Assembly (NCBI RefSeq): GCF_018350175.1
Contig: NC_058368.1
Location: 105,960,001 to 106,024,000, forward strand
From: Felis catus
Taxonomy: Eukaryota
Length of the DNA stretch: 64,000 nt
Direction: 5' to 3'
In this document: positions 36,315 through 48,804 of the stretch, piece after piece
Numbering within the stretch: position 1 is the stretch's first letter
Layout of the letters: each line of letters starts with the position of its first letter
The notes under the pieces: generated by a model
Told to the model about the DNA's origin: nothing
Database searches by the model: none
Seen by the model: the letters and a program-made list of their open reading frames with translations, nothing else
Position numbers and translations under genes: made by a program

Positions 36315-37979
36315 GTGTAAAAACTAAACTAGAAAACTTTTGAAAAGTAAACATAGGAAAAATATTCATGGCTAGGGTTAGGCAAACATTTCTTAAAGGG
36401 ACACCAAAGCATGAACTAAAAGAACCTTAGTGGTAAACTGGTCATCAACAAAATGAAAACATTTCTGCTCTTCCAAAGGCATTGTTAAGAAAGTGAAAAG
36501 GCAAAATTTGTAATGCAAAGGTCTGACCAAGTATTGATACTTTCTAGATATGAAAGAGAGTAAATTTTTATGTAGAAGGCTTTCCACGAACCTGCAATTG
36601 ATGTCACATATGTAATTTCTCATATTATGAGGATATTCCTGGATATATGTAAATTAAAACTTTGCCAGCAGATAATATAGAAAAATGTCCCAATGAAATC
36701 AACTCTTTTAAACTCAGCTTTCTCAAATATAGATAAAGCATTCTCTTTATTGTCTACAGGGAATTGTTAAGCATGAATGAAAGAAGTATTTTGTTTTCTC
36801 CAGAGAACGTCTACATACTAATAAAAAATTTTATATGCTTTTTCAATAAATAGCCTAGAATAGGGTTTCTATCCCTGATGACAATCCAATCTCTGGAGTA
36901 TATCGCTCTACTTTAAGCCTCACTTAAAGGACTAATTTACATAGTTCACGGACCAGGATTTCAGTAGAGAATTGTGAGAACCTCTTATAAAAGCCGGGCA
37001 AAAAATTCAAATCAATTCCAAATGTTTTATGCTTCACTTAGTGTTTATCTTGAATTTTTATTCATTACCGAGAAGAATTGCCTGTGTATACATAAAGAGT
37101 AATATCTTAAGTGTCTAAATTTTAAAATGTATGTGCCTCGTGACTGCTGACAGGCTAGTCTAATGGCATTTTGAATTATATTTTTATTACATGCTATTAT
37201 TAAGAACTGCTTAAGTTTACTTTTCATTATTATGCAGTTAGGCATTTCATGTTGTCCATTGGTAATATATGTAACAATGTCTACTTTTCTAGGGATAGAA
37301 ATTCTATCAAGATGAAAACTATAAATGACTATTTACATGAAAGTGGAAATAAAGAGAAAGTTGAAAATTTCACTTGGTTCTAGATATTCTGGAGAAAAGA
37401 GGCATCTATATTCAGTTAAGAAGTCTTTTAGGTAGAATAATTTGATGAACCTCTACAAAACCAGAATCCTCAAAAAAAGAGGTCAGTTGAGAAGAAATGA
37501 TGCTTACTGTTTCTAGGTTGATGGCACATGAAAACCTCATATTCTAAGTATCTGAAATATCTTTTTTTCCAAATCAATTCTTGTTTTGATATTCTAGACC
37601 CACAATATACACTGGTACATATGCCATAGATCTAGAATTTATACTAATTCCTCTCCTTTTACTCATCTGCCAAATTTAATTGGTTACCATCTTGATAATT
37701 TTACCTCTAAAATCATTCTTGATCTCTTCCTCTTCATCAAACTCCCCTTATTTTCTCCTGAATTATAATGAAAATTTTCTGAATAAATTTCCTAATCCTA
37801 ACCCTAACCCTAAATCTACAAGGCCAGGTTGCTAATATAAATAATGGGCAATGAGAAGGCTATGGCAAACAAGAGAGCTTAAGCTTAATTAAGCACAGCA
37901 GTTGCTGAACAGCCTCATTGATTGTTACTGTGAAGGACTATGGGCCCAATTTTCCAAGTTCACTATTTCCCCTACCCTT

Positions 37980-37982
<3 letters not shown>

Positions 37983-38023
<41 letters not shown>
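37983..38023. repeat. (CA)n microsatellite
   Basis: About 20 CA units. Confidence 0.97.
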
Positions 38024-38025
<2 letters not shown>

Positions 38026-38289
38026 CTACACACACTATAAGAAATCTCGTGAGTTCTTAATTGGCAGCTGTGCTCTGCAGAAACAACGTTCATCCTCTAT
38101 CATGATGAGTTTTGCTCATCTATTACAGATGGGGAGGTAGACACATGGGAAGAAGAGACTGACTTTTCCAACCCTGGCCAGGTATGGCACATTGGTCTGG
38201 TCATTGGCAGAAACACAAACCTAGCAACAGATGGGCAGAAAATGTCAAGTCATAGCATGGGCTCCTGGATGATTATGAGAGTTTGCATT

Positions 38290-38500
38290 CACCTAGTGAA
38301 TAGACCCATGCCTGGAGGAGTGTGATATTAAATTAAATAATAAATAAAAAGCACAATAATAGGTCAAGAGAGAGATGATGGAAGAAAGGAAAAAGTCTGA
38401 TATTTTAGTAACTTCAGTAGTAACTTTTTTCCTGCTTCTTGAATTAGGGATGCATAGTTTTATTTTGCCATGAGCTCCATGAATTATGTAGCTGATCCTG
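38290..38500. mobile_element. hAT-Tip100 DNA transposon remnant (MER91-like)
   Basis: Terminal TTTTATTTTGCCATGAGCTCCATGAATTATGTAGCTGATCCTG resembles the recalled MER91 end. Confidence 0.55.
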
Positions 38501-39242
38501 CCAAGAGTCCTGGGTTCTATCAATGACATAGACACAGGAAGTAGAACCTTGAGCCATGTGAAGCAGGAAGATTGCATTGATACTTCTTTGTAAGTCAGTG
38601 CCATTAGAAGACCACAGTAAGTGTGAAAGGAAGACTGGAGAAAGAGATCCATTGCAGCAAAGACAGCCAGTAAGGAAAATCTCTGATCTCAGCCTAGGCT
38701 CTGGGTAAAAAACAGTAATATTTGTCTTGAAATATTTTTAAAAGACAGGCATGTTCTTACTTAGATTTTGGGTTTGAAATAATTTCACTTTGAAGTTAAG
38801 GTAAACCCCAAATCAAGAAACTTACTCAGTAATTCCAGAGTGGTAAGGCAGTGCCTAAAGGCACTTGACAGAAGTAGACAAAAGTCCTTAACTCAGACCT
38901 AGCAGGATTTCCATAGGGGAAGTCCAAACTTTCAAACACGAGTTCACAATCCAAAATTATAAAGCAAAATAAAGAGTAAGTAAAAATAGAACATAGTAAA
39001 ACAAAACAAGAGCAAACAGAATTATTGCACAAGAATTTCAAACACTGAAATTGTTTAATATACAGTGTTGAACAGTTACATTTAAGTCGTTCAAACATAT
39101 GAAAGGAACTGTCATTGTAAAGGCCACTTTTTGACCAGAGCACACTTTTGGGATTCCATAAAAAGTACCAAAATACATTTGATTAATTCAAAACATAGTT
39201 ATTAATAACTCATGAATTAAGGAATCAAATATAATAAATACT

Positions 39243-39457
39243 GGGGCGCCTGGGTGGCACAGTCGGTTAAGCGTCCGACTTCAGCCAGGTCACGATCTCG
39301 CAGTCCATGAGTTCGAGCCCCGCATCAGGCTCTGGGCTGATGGCTCAGAGCCTAGAGCCTGTTTCCGATTCTGTGTCTCCCTCTCTCTCTGCCCCTCCCC
39401 TGTTCATGCTCTGTCTCTCTCTGTCCTAAAAATAAAATAAACGTTGAAAAAATATAT
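39243..39457 (+). mobile_element. Young Can-SINE (SINEC_Fc)
   Basis: Near-consensus; TSD ATATAATAAATACT. Confidence 0.98.
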
Positions 39458-39603
39458 ATATAATAAATACTTAGAATTAAGTGATAATGGAAATACTAGT
39501 TATCAGAATCAGTGGGATATTGCCAGTTCTTGTAATTTATCAACTTCATGTGTATAATAAAAAAGAACTGGAAAAATTAATAAACTATACTTAAAAAGTT
39601 AGA

Positions 39604-39893
39604 AGCCATACAGAGAAAGACAGATACTATATGTGTTCACTCTTATGTGGATCCTAAGAAACTTAACAGGAACCCATGGGGGAGGGGAAGGAAAGAAAAA
39701 AAAAAAAAGGTTAGAGTGGGAGAGAGCCAAAGCATAAGAGACTCTTAAAAACTGAGAACAGACTGAGGGCTGATGGGGAGTGGGAAGGAGGGGAGGGTGG
39801 GTGATGGGTATTGAGGAGGGCACCTGTTGGGATGAGCACTGGGTGTTGTATGGAAACCAATTTGACAATAAATTTCATATATTTAAAAAAAAA
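39604..39893 (+). mobile_element. Felid L1 (L1_Fc-like) 3' end
   Basis: CATAAGAGACTCTTAAAAACTGAGAAC...GGCACCTGTTGGGATGAGCACTGGGTGTTGTATGGAAACCAATTTGACAATAAATTTCATAT plus poly-A. Confidence 0.93.
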
Positions 39894-40144
39894 GCACAAC
39901 AGAATAGATGAAAAGAATAAAGAAAAATAAGAAAGCAGGAAATGACATAGAAAACAAAAATTGCTTTGGATTTATATGGAATTAACATACTTGTTGGTAA
40001 AAAACAGTTGAATACTAGCAATTATGGTTTAACCTAAATACAGTTGAGACAATTATCAAAGCCTAAAGTTGATCCTTTGGAAATGCAAGTAAGATGGCAA
40101 GAGAATGACCATTGGTAAGAATGAAGCAAAACTGGAAAAGTCTC

Positions 40145-40540
40145 TTCTTGTCACTCATTATCTGTGTGACATTGAACTACTTAAGTTTTCTGACCCTTAA
40201 TTTTCTTTTCTCTTTTAATTAAAACTTTTTTATTTCTTTTTGAAAGAGAGAGACAGAGTGCAAGCGGGGGAGGAACAGAGAGTGGGAGACCACAGAATCT
40301 AAAGCAGGATCCAGGCTGCCAGCACAGAGCCCGATGTGGGGCTCAAACTCACGAACTGTGAGATCATGACCTGAGCCAAAGTCAGGCACTTAACCAGCTG
40401 AGCCACCCAGGCGCCCCCGCCCCTTAATTTTCTTAATAGACAAGTGTGAACAATAGTAATTATATTCTAAATATCATGTAAGAATTTAATGAGACTTGTA
40501 ATATACTTTTAACATATGACTTGTAATTTGTTATCTATAA
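40145..40540 (+). mobile_element. MIR SINE split by Can-SINE
   Basis: CTGTGTGACATTGAACTACTTAA...CTTAATTTTCTT...AATAGTAAT...GTAAGAATTTAATGAGA. Confidence 0.6.
40208..40418 (-). mobile_element. Can-SINE
   Basis: TSD CCCTTAATTTTCTT. Confidence 0.95.
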
Positions 40541-41920
40541 TGAGTGCCCTTCCCTTTTTCTTAAAATACAAGATGGTATTTATTCATTCATCCATCTATT
40601 CTTTCAAAAAGCCAACATACTTGCTAGGTTTACTTCTTGTGTTGATTAAAAAAAAATAACATCTGTAAGCCCATTTTCTAGAGAGGAACCTCAATGAAAA
40701 TAAAATGTGAATTCAGATGATTTGTCTAGTGTAGATCACATTATAATTAACATCATTATGTTCAACCAAGTTATGTTTCTAAGAAGCTGTAGTTCTCAGG
40801 TTAGCAATGAGATACGACTCTTTGCAGCCTTTTACTATGGTTTAGGAAGAAATAAAGGGGCAGATACAGGGCAGAAAGAGAGACCCTCCAATGTGAACTG
40901 AAGTCAGGAGTTAGATTCTAATTCTGTGCCAGTTGGACAGGCTTCCTCCTGTCTTCACTGTGCAGCTCTCCATATGTCTCCAATTTTAAACAAAGCCACT
41001 CCCAACAGGAGCTCTACCTCAAAGAAGCCTGAGAAATGGCTGAGTGTCAGTCTTCAGGGTACTTAAAATGCATTTGCTCTGACAGGATCTTGAACACCTG
41101 CAGTTATTTCAAAGGAATTTTGATCCAACAATAATTCACATAATTTATCATCTGGAGATGCCAAAAATTCTTTGAAAAACTGTGCTGTAGTTAGTAAACG
41201 GAAAAAAAGGGGGAAAGTGATGGTGGGTGGCAGTATTTTCACATAGGATGTTTTTATAGGAATCATTAATTCTTACGTTTTTTCCCCTCAAGTCTTTGTT
41301 TCCTCATAGATGAAACGTTGAATTACTTTTGGAATTTTGTCGTGTGTTTGTGATTAACACATACAAAAGGACTCTGCATTTATGTAAAGGGAACTGGGTT
41401 TTCAGTTTTGCTTTTATCTGGGGGAAATATCTGGGGGGAGGGGGTCTCGTCTTAATAACATTGATAATTTTTAGACATTCCTTGATTTTCCTTCTAACAA
41501 AATCACACAGAGATTTGAAAATATATAGTGAATAAAGGAAGAAACATGTTTCCTCAGAAAGTATAAGGATTTGGATTCTTTACAGTCATAGTCACAAAAT
41601 AAATGTCTTTTGACCTGATCCAGCCCTCAGAACGAGGTGGAGCAGAAAAGATACTGTGTTGTGATTCCCTTTGTGAAAACAGAAATGCTCAGGAAGAAAA
41701 TCTGTGGGAAAGGAAGGGCCGTCTAGACAGTGTGGGTTGTAGAGCGCCAACTTTGACTTAGAGAAATTAGGGAAGTAGTGGATCCATTCAGCATTCAGAA
41801 TGATTAAAAGCATTAATGCTTTCATAAGCAGATGAATGCAAAGTGCAGTTGATTGGCACAAATCTATGAAAAGGCTCCAGGTCATCTTTATGGAAAAGTT
41901 AATTAGAAAATGTGCTTCTA

Positions 41921-42130
41921 GGGGGGGCCTGAGTGGCTCAGTTGGTTAAGCATTTGATTCTTGGCTTCAGCTGAGGTGATGATCTCATGGTTCATGAGGT
42001 CAAGCCCTGCATAGGGCTCCTCACTCACAGCACAGAGCCTGCTTGGGATTCTCTCTCCCCCTGTCTTTCTGCCCCTCCTCTACATGCATGCTCTCTCTCT
42101 GTCTCTCAAAACAAATGTTAAAAAAAAAAA
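41921..42130 (+). mobile_element. Can-SINE
   Basis: Head GGGGGGGCCTGAGTGGCTCAG, (CT)n, poly-A. Confidence 0.94.
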
Positions 42131-42230
42131 GGTAATGTTATTGTAAATGTTAATTTCTTCTAACGTCATTTAATGAGTAACTGTATTAAATAGAAATACT
42201 AATATTAACTAGAAGACAGTACTCTCGCTA

Positions 42231-42444
42231 TTTATTTATTTATTAAAAATGTTTATTTATTTTGAGAGAGAGTAAGAGCACGAGCAGGGGAGGGACAGAG
42301 AGAGGGAGAGAGAATCCCAAGAAGGCTCTGTGCTGTGAGCACAGAGCCCTATGCAGGGCTCAAACTCATAAACCTTTAGATCACGACCTGAGCCAAAACC
42401 GAGAGTCTGATGCTTCATCATTGACTGAGCCACCCAGGTACACC
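42231..42444 (-). mobile_element. Can-SINE
   Basis: (TTTA)n, (GA)n, reverse head GACTGAGCCACCCAGG. Confidence 0.94.
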
Positions 42445-43819
42445 TCACTAGCATTTTAAACACAAGAGCACATTAATAACATTTTGAAAAACAACAACAA
42501 CAAAAGTGTATTGATTCTATTGTGAGATGTTTACTTGCTCTCTCCTAGCAGCCCATGACTGAGGTAAATATAATTTCCCCATTGGGCTGGTTCCCAGTGG
42601 AAACCACTGGGCACAGCGTTGTAGGTTTCAGGGTGAATGTGGTGGAGTTTCTTGGAGAGGTAGAAGAAGCTCTCTAGTTTCCCATTCTTAAGTTCTTCCT
42701 GTTTAACAGAACTGATGTTCCATAGAAGCCAAATTACCAAAAGTCAGTGTCCTTTTAATCAGGTTAAACACCTGAGTCGTGTTTCTGAGTCTTCATCCTG
42801 AAAAACCATCTTTCATTGATTTTCAAGAATCAATCAGGATTCAGAAAGGGTGGTTCAAGGATGTAGTGTATACAAGAATAAAGTGCCCATTTTCATATTG
42901 GACCAACTTGCGGTGGAAATTATTGCCAATGTCATTTTCATTTAGCTCTTCCAAACCTCAAGATTTGGCTTTCCTGCTTGGAAAAAATATAATTGCATGG
43001 CCATGCTCCTGGGAGACTTTGTTCTGCACCTCACAAAACCAAGTTACACCCATAGATGTGAATGAAAGAGCACAGATGGCCAAAATGGATCTGTCTTCCA
43101 AATGGGTAAAGGGAATTAGGCAGTGGGACACTGAAGCAACATACTGAAACAAGCATTTCTTCTTCATCTCTCTCTGTCTTTTTAAGTCCAGATTGATTGA
43201 CCTACCAGAGAGCAGAATTGAAGAATGTTGTGGTTTTACTTGGGAGGTGGGTTCAAAAGCTTTTTGTTGCTAAGTAGTATGGATGATTTTTATTTTATTT
43301 TAATATGGTAAAATATACTTCTCTTGAGTTACCCTGTTAGCAAAAACCCAGTCCAACTTTTTAAATGGATACTATTGAATCAAATGCTCTAAGTTAATCT
43401 TTAGTTTTTTGGCTTCAGAAAAAAAAATAGTATGTCCATTTTGAAATGGAACAAAGTTTAAACACAGCTTTCTCTTCTGCTCCTGGGTGGTTTGACACAA
43501 TTCTAAACTAAAGACTTGTGCACTCACAGCATGACCAAGATTACCTCCCCCATCTCCTGCTGTTTCTTTCTGGTGGCCCTTGATTGCAAACCTGCTATTA
43601 CAGCCTTCTGGAATCCTTAACCCTTTCCGAGTTGTTTTTTCTTCTCTCTCTCAGTTTGCTCCATATTTTAGGTGAAAGGTCTCAGAACTTGTGATTTTTG
43701 TAGACTTGTCCCATGACCATAAAGTTCATAGGCTTCCACAGTGCAACAGTGGAGTTTATTAAATTTTAATTGTCAAATTGTATTCTTATTGTTATCAGGG
43801 GCTGCCTTAGAGTAAATGA

Positions 43820-44063
43820 ACAAGAATGTTGGTTTAGAGCATGAGGTTTAGGGCCAGATGACACTTTGGGTGTAAATCTGATAATTTCTTACTAGCTTTG
43901 TGACTTTTGCAATGGTTTGACCTCTCTAATGAGTTGTTTCATCCGAAAAGGAGTTGAGAATGGAAGCTACTTCAAAGAGTTGTGCAGATTAAATGAATGA
44001 GCCCGTACAAAGCACCTAGAACTATTCTTGTCACATGTGAGCTCAGGAAATTTTAGTTTTTAA
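43820..44063 (+). mobile_element. MIR SINE, near full length
   Basis: CTTACTAGCTTTGTGACTTTTGCAA...ACCTCTCT...GATTAAATGA...TACAAAGCACCTAGAAC. Confidence 0.85.
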
Positions 44064-45464
44064 TGACTGAAGGTAGAATGTGACTGTTAAGATGTGGGAA
44101 AGAATAAACTTTCCAAAGTTTAAATGATTCTCAGAATCGTGTAAATGATTGATTTGAACTATCTAACTATGTTGGTATATGCCACTAAAGGCTGAGATGC
44201 AAGTTATTTAAGATTCTGTATAAATATGGTGGGAATAGAATTTTAAAATCTTATATAGATTTGAGAAGTAGGTAAAACAGACATATTGTAAAACAACTGG
44301 TCATAAGAAAGTCTTTTTTGAGAATTATAAATAGGTACTGAATAAGAGAGTGTTCAGTCCTAGGAGTTTGAAATCCAGTGACACTCCGAAATAGGCAAGG
44401 AAGTAGCTTCCTGTTGCCCCATAGTGACAGTTGATGTCAGTGCAGCATACTCCCAGCAGGTGGCCCATGGGACTCCATGAGAATGCCTCTATTAGAGTGT
44501 TACGGAGATAAACACAACTTACTCTGGTCTCATCTGTAAAGACCACTGGGGAAAATAGACGATAGGAAAAGAAACAGGATCCCACCAATAGACAAAAAGA
44601 AACCAAATTGTCATAAAGAGCCATCCTGGGAAGTATGTTGTCTGGGAAGATGCCATTAATTTAAATGGTGTGAACAGAATGACCCTGAATTGCTTGTGAG
44701 TCTATATGCGTGGCTGTGCAGATTGGCCCTTGCAAATCTGTTCAGTTGTTCCATCTGTCCATCTATCTGGTTTATTTGTCAAGTAGTACTGCACTTGTGG
44801 CAGTGTAGTAGTTTATTTTTCAAGTAGTACTACACTTAGAAAGCTGTTAATCTGTTGACACTTAAAGCTATTAGATTTGAAAAAAAAAATTACCCTTTAT
44901 TCAGAAGGGAGGCTGAGATTATAGGACAAATGTATGCCACTTAAAATTACAGCTACATTAACCTCTTCTCTGCCTTCCTGAGCAGTTCAGCTCTGCCTCC
45001 AAACTTGCATTTCCGACTCAGCAAGCAAAAGTTATATGATTAACAGGACTACACTTTCTTAGAAGGCAATTTGTGGTCAACTGCTTTTTCTAGAGTATTC
45101 TTTATCTGTGGCAGCCAGCTTATCGAAGTATTTACTCCCCATACGCAGGTCTCCCTCTGTCACAAGCCCAGGTAGGTAGATATATACTTGTCTCATTGAA
45201 ATGTCAATAAGATATTGGCAACTGCCAGATACTGGTGTCCAAATATCGTCTGGCTCTGTTGTTTCCAGACTTTTAAACTTGGATTTCACCGTTGTTGTTC
45301 CTACATCCATTCTATGGTCAGACTTGGTCTGTTTTGACCCTATAGTATCATTCCCTCCCCCATGCCAGGCCTTTCTCTCCATTCTCTTGATGCTGTCAAA
45401 CTCAAGCCCTAAGTACATCTAACCTTTGCCACAGCTTTAAAACTCAGCCCTTCACAATCAAGAA

Positions 45465-45545
45465 GCAGTTAGGCAGAGAAGAGATCGTATGTGCTTTGGA
45501 GTCAGAATAACCTCAGTTTGCAGTCCAAATTCACTACTTACTTTG
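45465..45545 (+). mobile_element. MIR 5' fragment
   Basis: GCTTTGGAGTCAGAATAACCTCAGTTTGCAGTCC...CACTACTTACT. Confidence 0.6.
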
Positions 45546-45726
45546 CTTAAATAATATTTTCTTCAAAGAGTTTGTCTTACATGAGAATCCAACATACTGT
45601 TAGACATAGTATTGATACTTACCGAATTGCCAGTTTCCATTTTCCCTTCTCCTCTCTGTGAAGGATTTAAGAGCAAGGCAGTGAAAACTGTTGCCTTGGT
45701 TACAGGTAGTAGAGGAGTGCATTTTA

Positions 45727-45967
45727 ATTGTTTTAAGTTTAGTTTATTTATGTATTTATTTTTAATTAATTTTTTTTTTTTTGAGAGAGACAGACACAGC
45801 GTGAGATGGGGAAGAGCAGAGAGAGAAGGAGTCAGAGAATCCCAAGTAGGCTCCTTGCTGCCAGCACAGAGCCTGCCATGGGGCTCGAACTCCTGAAACC
45901 GTGAGACCATGACCTGGGCTGAAACCAAGAGTCAGCTGCTTACCCAACTGAGCCACCCAGGCACCCC
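45727..45967 (-). mobile_element. Can-SINE
   Basis: TSD AGTA(G/A)AGG(A/T)GTGCATTTTA. Confidence 0.95.
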
Positions 45968-46002
45968 AGTAAAGGTGTGCATTTTACATTGCAGGGAATT
46001 TA

Positions 46003-46241
46003 TTTTTTTTTTATTTATTTTTTTTAATTTTATTTTTTCAACGTTTATTTATTTTTGGGACAGAGAGAGACAGAGCATGAACAGGGGAGGGGCAGAGAGA
46101 GAGGGAGACACAGAATCGGAAACAGGCTCCAGGCTCTGAGCCATCAGCCCAGAGCCCGACGCGGGGCTCGAACTCCCGGACCGCGAGATCGTGACCTGGC
46201 TGAAGTCCGACGCTTAACCGACTGCGCCACCCAGGCGCCCC
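46003..46241 (-). mobile_element. Young Can-SINE (SINEC_Fc)
   Basis: Near-consensus, CpG-rich; perfect TSD ATTGCAGGGAATTTA. Confidence 0.98.
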
Positions 46242-46371
46242 ATTGCAGGGAATTTAAAGCAACAGTGTAAATGATGAAAAGATGATTCCCTTGTTATTAT
46301 GTCAGGCACTTAGAACTCTCATCACAATGTCAGTGATGAAATGTTTCTCCTCTAAAAAATCTTCTGTTGGT

Positions 46372-46539
46372 GGGGCGCCTGGGTGGCCCAGTTGGTTAAG
46401 CGTCTCACTTCAGCTCCGATCATGATCTCACAGCTCATGAGTTCGAGCCCCACATTGGGCTCTGTGCTGACAGCTCAGAGCCTGGGGCCTGCTTCGGATT
46501 CTGTGTCTCCCTCTCTCTCTGCCCCTCCCCCCACCCATG

Positions 46540-46588
<49 letters not shown>

Positions 46589-46618
46589 ATAAATAAGTCA
46601 ACATTAAAAAAATTATTT
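46372..46618 (+). mobile_element. Can-SINE (SINEC_Fc)
   Basis: Full length; TSD AAAAATCTTCTGTTGGT. Confidence 0.97.
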
Positions 46619-47411
46619 AAAAAATCTTCTGTTGGTGTAAGTGCTAAAGAATTGCTGTTGTCGTTATTGAATTTCAACAGTAACTTCAAATTATAGTAAC
46701 TTTAGATTAGCACATTTGTATTACTTAACCTTTTACTAAACATTGCGTTGCACACAGACATTCGTCCAGAGAACTTCTCCTTATACAGTCTGCCCTTGAC
46801 ACATGCAGACTGGCTATGTGTCTTTGTACCTTGGGTACGTCCTTAACGAGGAAGTGTTGGAAGCGTTCAAGCATGCTTCAGATGCAATTTGGATCTCTCA
46901 ACCCTGTAGTATTACATATTCTTGCATTTAAATAGTAGATCTGAAACAAACAATGATAGCCCAGGGTCTCTGAAGATTAAAAAGCAGAATTTGTATTACC
47001 TCCATTCTGTCAGTCTATGTGAGCTTCTGGAGTTTTTGTGTTTCAATTTTTAAACACTTTCATGAAATAAGATTTTTCTAAATCTCTGCCAAACTTCTTC
47101 TTAGGTTTAAGGCTGTAACTACCCACAGGATATTGGTTGCCTCATGTGAAAAAATATTTCGAACTTGAAATTAATAAAACATGTTCTTCAGTCAACTCAA
47201 TGAAGAGAGATGAACAAATCTGGCCATATTCATCATTGACCAGAAATATGCAAAAATCTCAATTTTGACAAAGTTGCAAAACTTAAAGCTCTTAACATTA
47301 ATACTTTAATGTTAATACTCATTATTGTGGCAGATCCATATGTGTATATAAGATTTTTCCGTGTTTCCAAAACTACATATCAAGATATTAAAATGTACAT
47401 GTACATTTAAA

Positions 47412-47416
<5 letters not shown>

Positions 47417-47450
<34 letters not shown>
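47417..47450. repeat. (TA)n microsatellite
   Basis: About 17 TA units. Confidence 0.97.
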
Positions 47451-47453
<3 letters not shown>

Positions 47454-47649
47454 ATCCATAATATTGATTTTGTTTTTAATTTCTTTAGAGGCATAATTGT
47501 ACCCCAAAGCTATAGGAAAACAACTGCTGCTTTTCTTTCCTGTCCATTATGTTATTTATTTCATTTCACAATTGTTACTGAAGGTATTTTGTCACAAACA
47601 GGAGGTTGTTCTAAAAAGTGGTTCACTTTGCCTATTGCTTGTGGCATTG

Positions 47650-47738
47650 ACCCATCTTAACCCCAGGCCTCTCTCTTCAGTTCTTTTATACATTGATGCA
47701 GTTATATTTCTTTTCTTTTTTTTTAACATTTATTTACT

Positions 47739-47788
<50 letters not shown>

Positions 47789-48490
47789 TGCGAGCAGGGA
47801 AGGGGCAGAGAGAGGGAGACACAGAATCCAAAGCAGGCTCCAGCCCGATGTGGGGCTTGAACTTACAAGCTGTGAGGTCATGACCTGAGCCAAAGTCAGA
47901 TGTTTAACTGACTGAACAACCCAGGTGCCCAATGCAGTTATATTTCTTAAAGCACAGATGTGATCATGCCATTTACATGCCACATATTTTCTGGGACTTA
48001 TTCTTTTGTGTGGAATGAAGTCACATGAAACTCCATCATCAGTATGTGGCTTTCTAGGGTTGCCAGCCCCTTGAGAACATTATCTAACCATCTTCTTTTC
48101 CTGTGTCCCCTGCTCCAGCCACTTGCAAGTCCCAATATCAGTCCTTTCACATCCCTGTCTCATCACCTGTGCTTATTCTCACCTCAGCTGGAATATCCCG
48201 GCTCTTCCTCTCTCCACATTTGCAAATTCCACCCTGGACTACAGTCAACTCTATGCTTTCATAACACCTTCCCTGATGCTCTCGGGAAAAAAAAAAATCA
48301 TGTTCTTTTACTCCGAATTCTTATAGCTCTTTAGGTTATGAGGATTTCCCTTCTTTTAAATTCCTGTTTTTCTCATAGTATCTGTACCTTTCTATTTTTA
48401 TAATGATCTGTTCATATTTCTTTTTCCACTATCTTAGAGTAACTGCCCCAAGAAGGCAAACCTCCTATCTTATTTATCTAATTCACAAAA
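47650..48490 (+). mobile_element. L2 3' region (split by SINE)
   Basis: TTTCTTAAAGCACAGATGTGATCATGCCA...CTGCTCCAGCCAC...CTGGAATAT...CCTTCCCTGA. Confidence 0.65.
47713..47930 (-). mobile_element. Can-SINE
   Basis: TSD ATGCAGTTATATTTCTT; long (GA)n. Confidence 0.96.
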
Positions 48491-48804
48491 CCATCAAGGC
48501 TGCAGCCTGCCTCTTCTGCCCCCAGTTTCCCCTTGCTGTACACCCTTAAGACCTTCTAGTTTTGGGCTCTACGCTTAGCCTGGGATCTGAGAAATCCCCA
48601 AAGTTGAACGTGCAATTGTGTGTTTACATGTGTAACTTAGATTAAATGAGCTGAATTCAAAGGGATTTAATGAGCCACGATCCTTTTCAAGCATGTCTAG
48701 TGGATTAGTTTTTCTTGCTTTTGGATAAAATACTGGCAACTTTAATAGATTTTCTGGTCCTTTCCAATTATAGGTATACTCTTATTACAGAAATTGAAAA
48801 TTCC

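Larger units (their letters stand above)
32120..36530 (+). mobile_element. Old L1 ORF2 (endonuclease through RT), decayed and interrupted
   Basis: ORF 32510-32815 MFPDQNRIKLEISNK...WKINNTLLN...EEITREIKKYFELNE is L1 ORF2-like; collinear ORF2 motifs continue to about 36530. Confidence 0.88.
38620..40110 (+). mobile_element. Ancient L1 fragments (5' region and ORF2 start) hosting younger insertions
   Basis: GAGTTCACAATCCAAAATTA (L1M 5'-like); TAGAATTAAGTGATAATGGAAATACTAGTTATCAGAATCAGTGGGAT (ORF2-like). Confidence 0.55.

Noticed and set aside
41063..41266. Protein-like minus-strand ORF (AQFFKEFLASPDDKLCELLLDQNSFEITAG) with TACTAAC next to an AG
   Set aside because: No recognised homology, the branch-point-like motif is too close to the AG, the donor is weak, and the plus-strand reading has stops in all frames. 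A BLASTX search would settle it.
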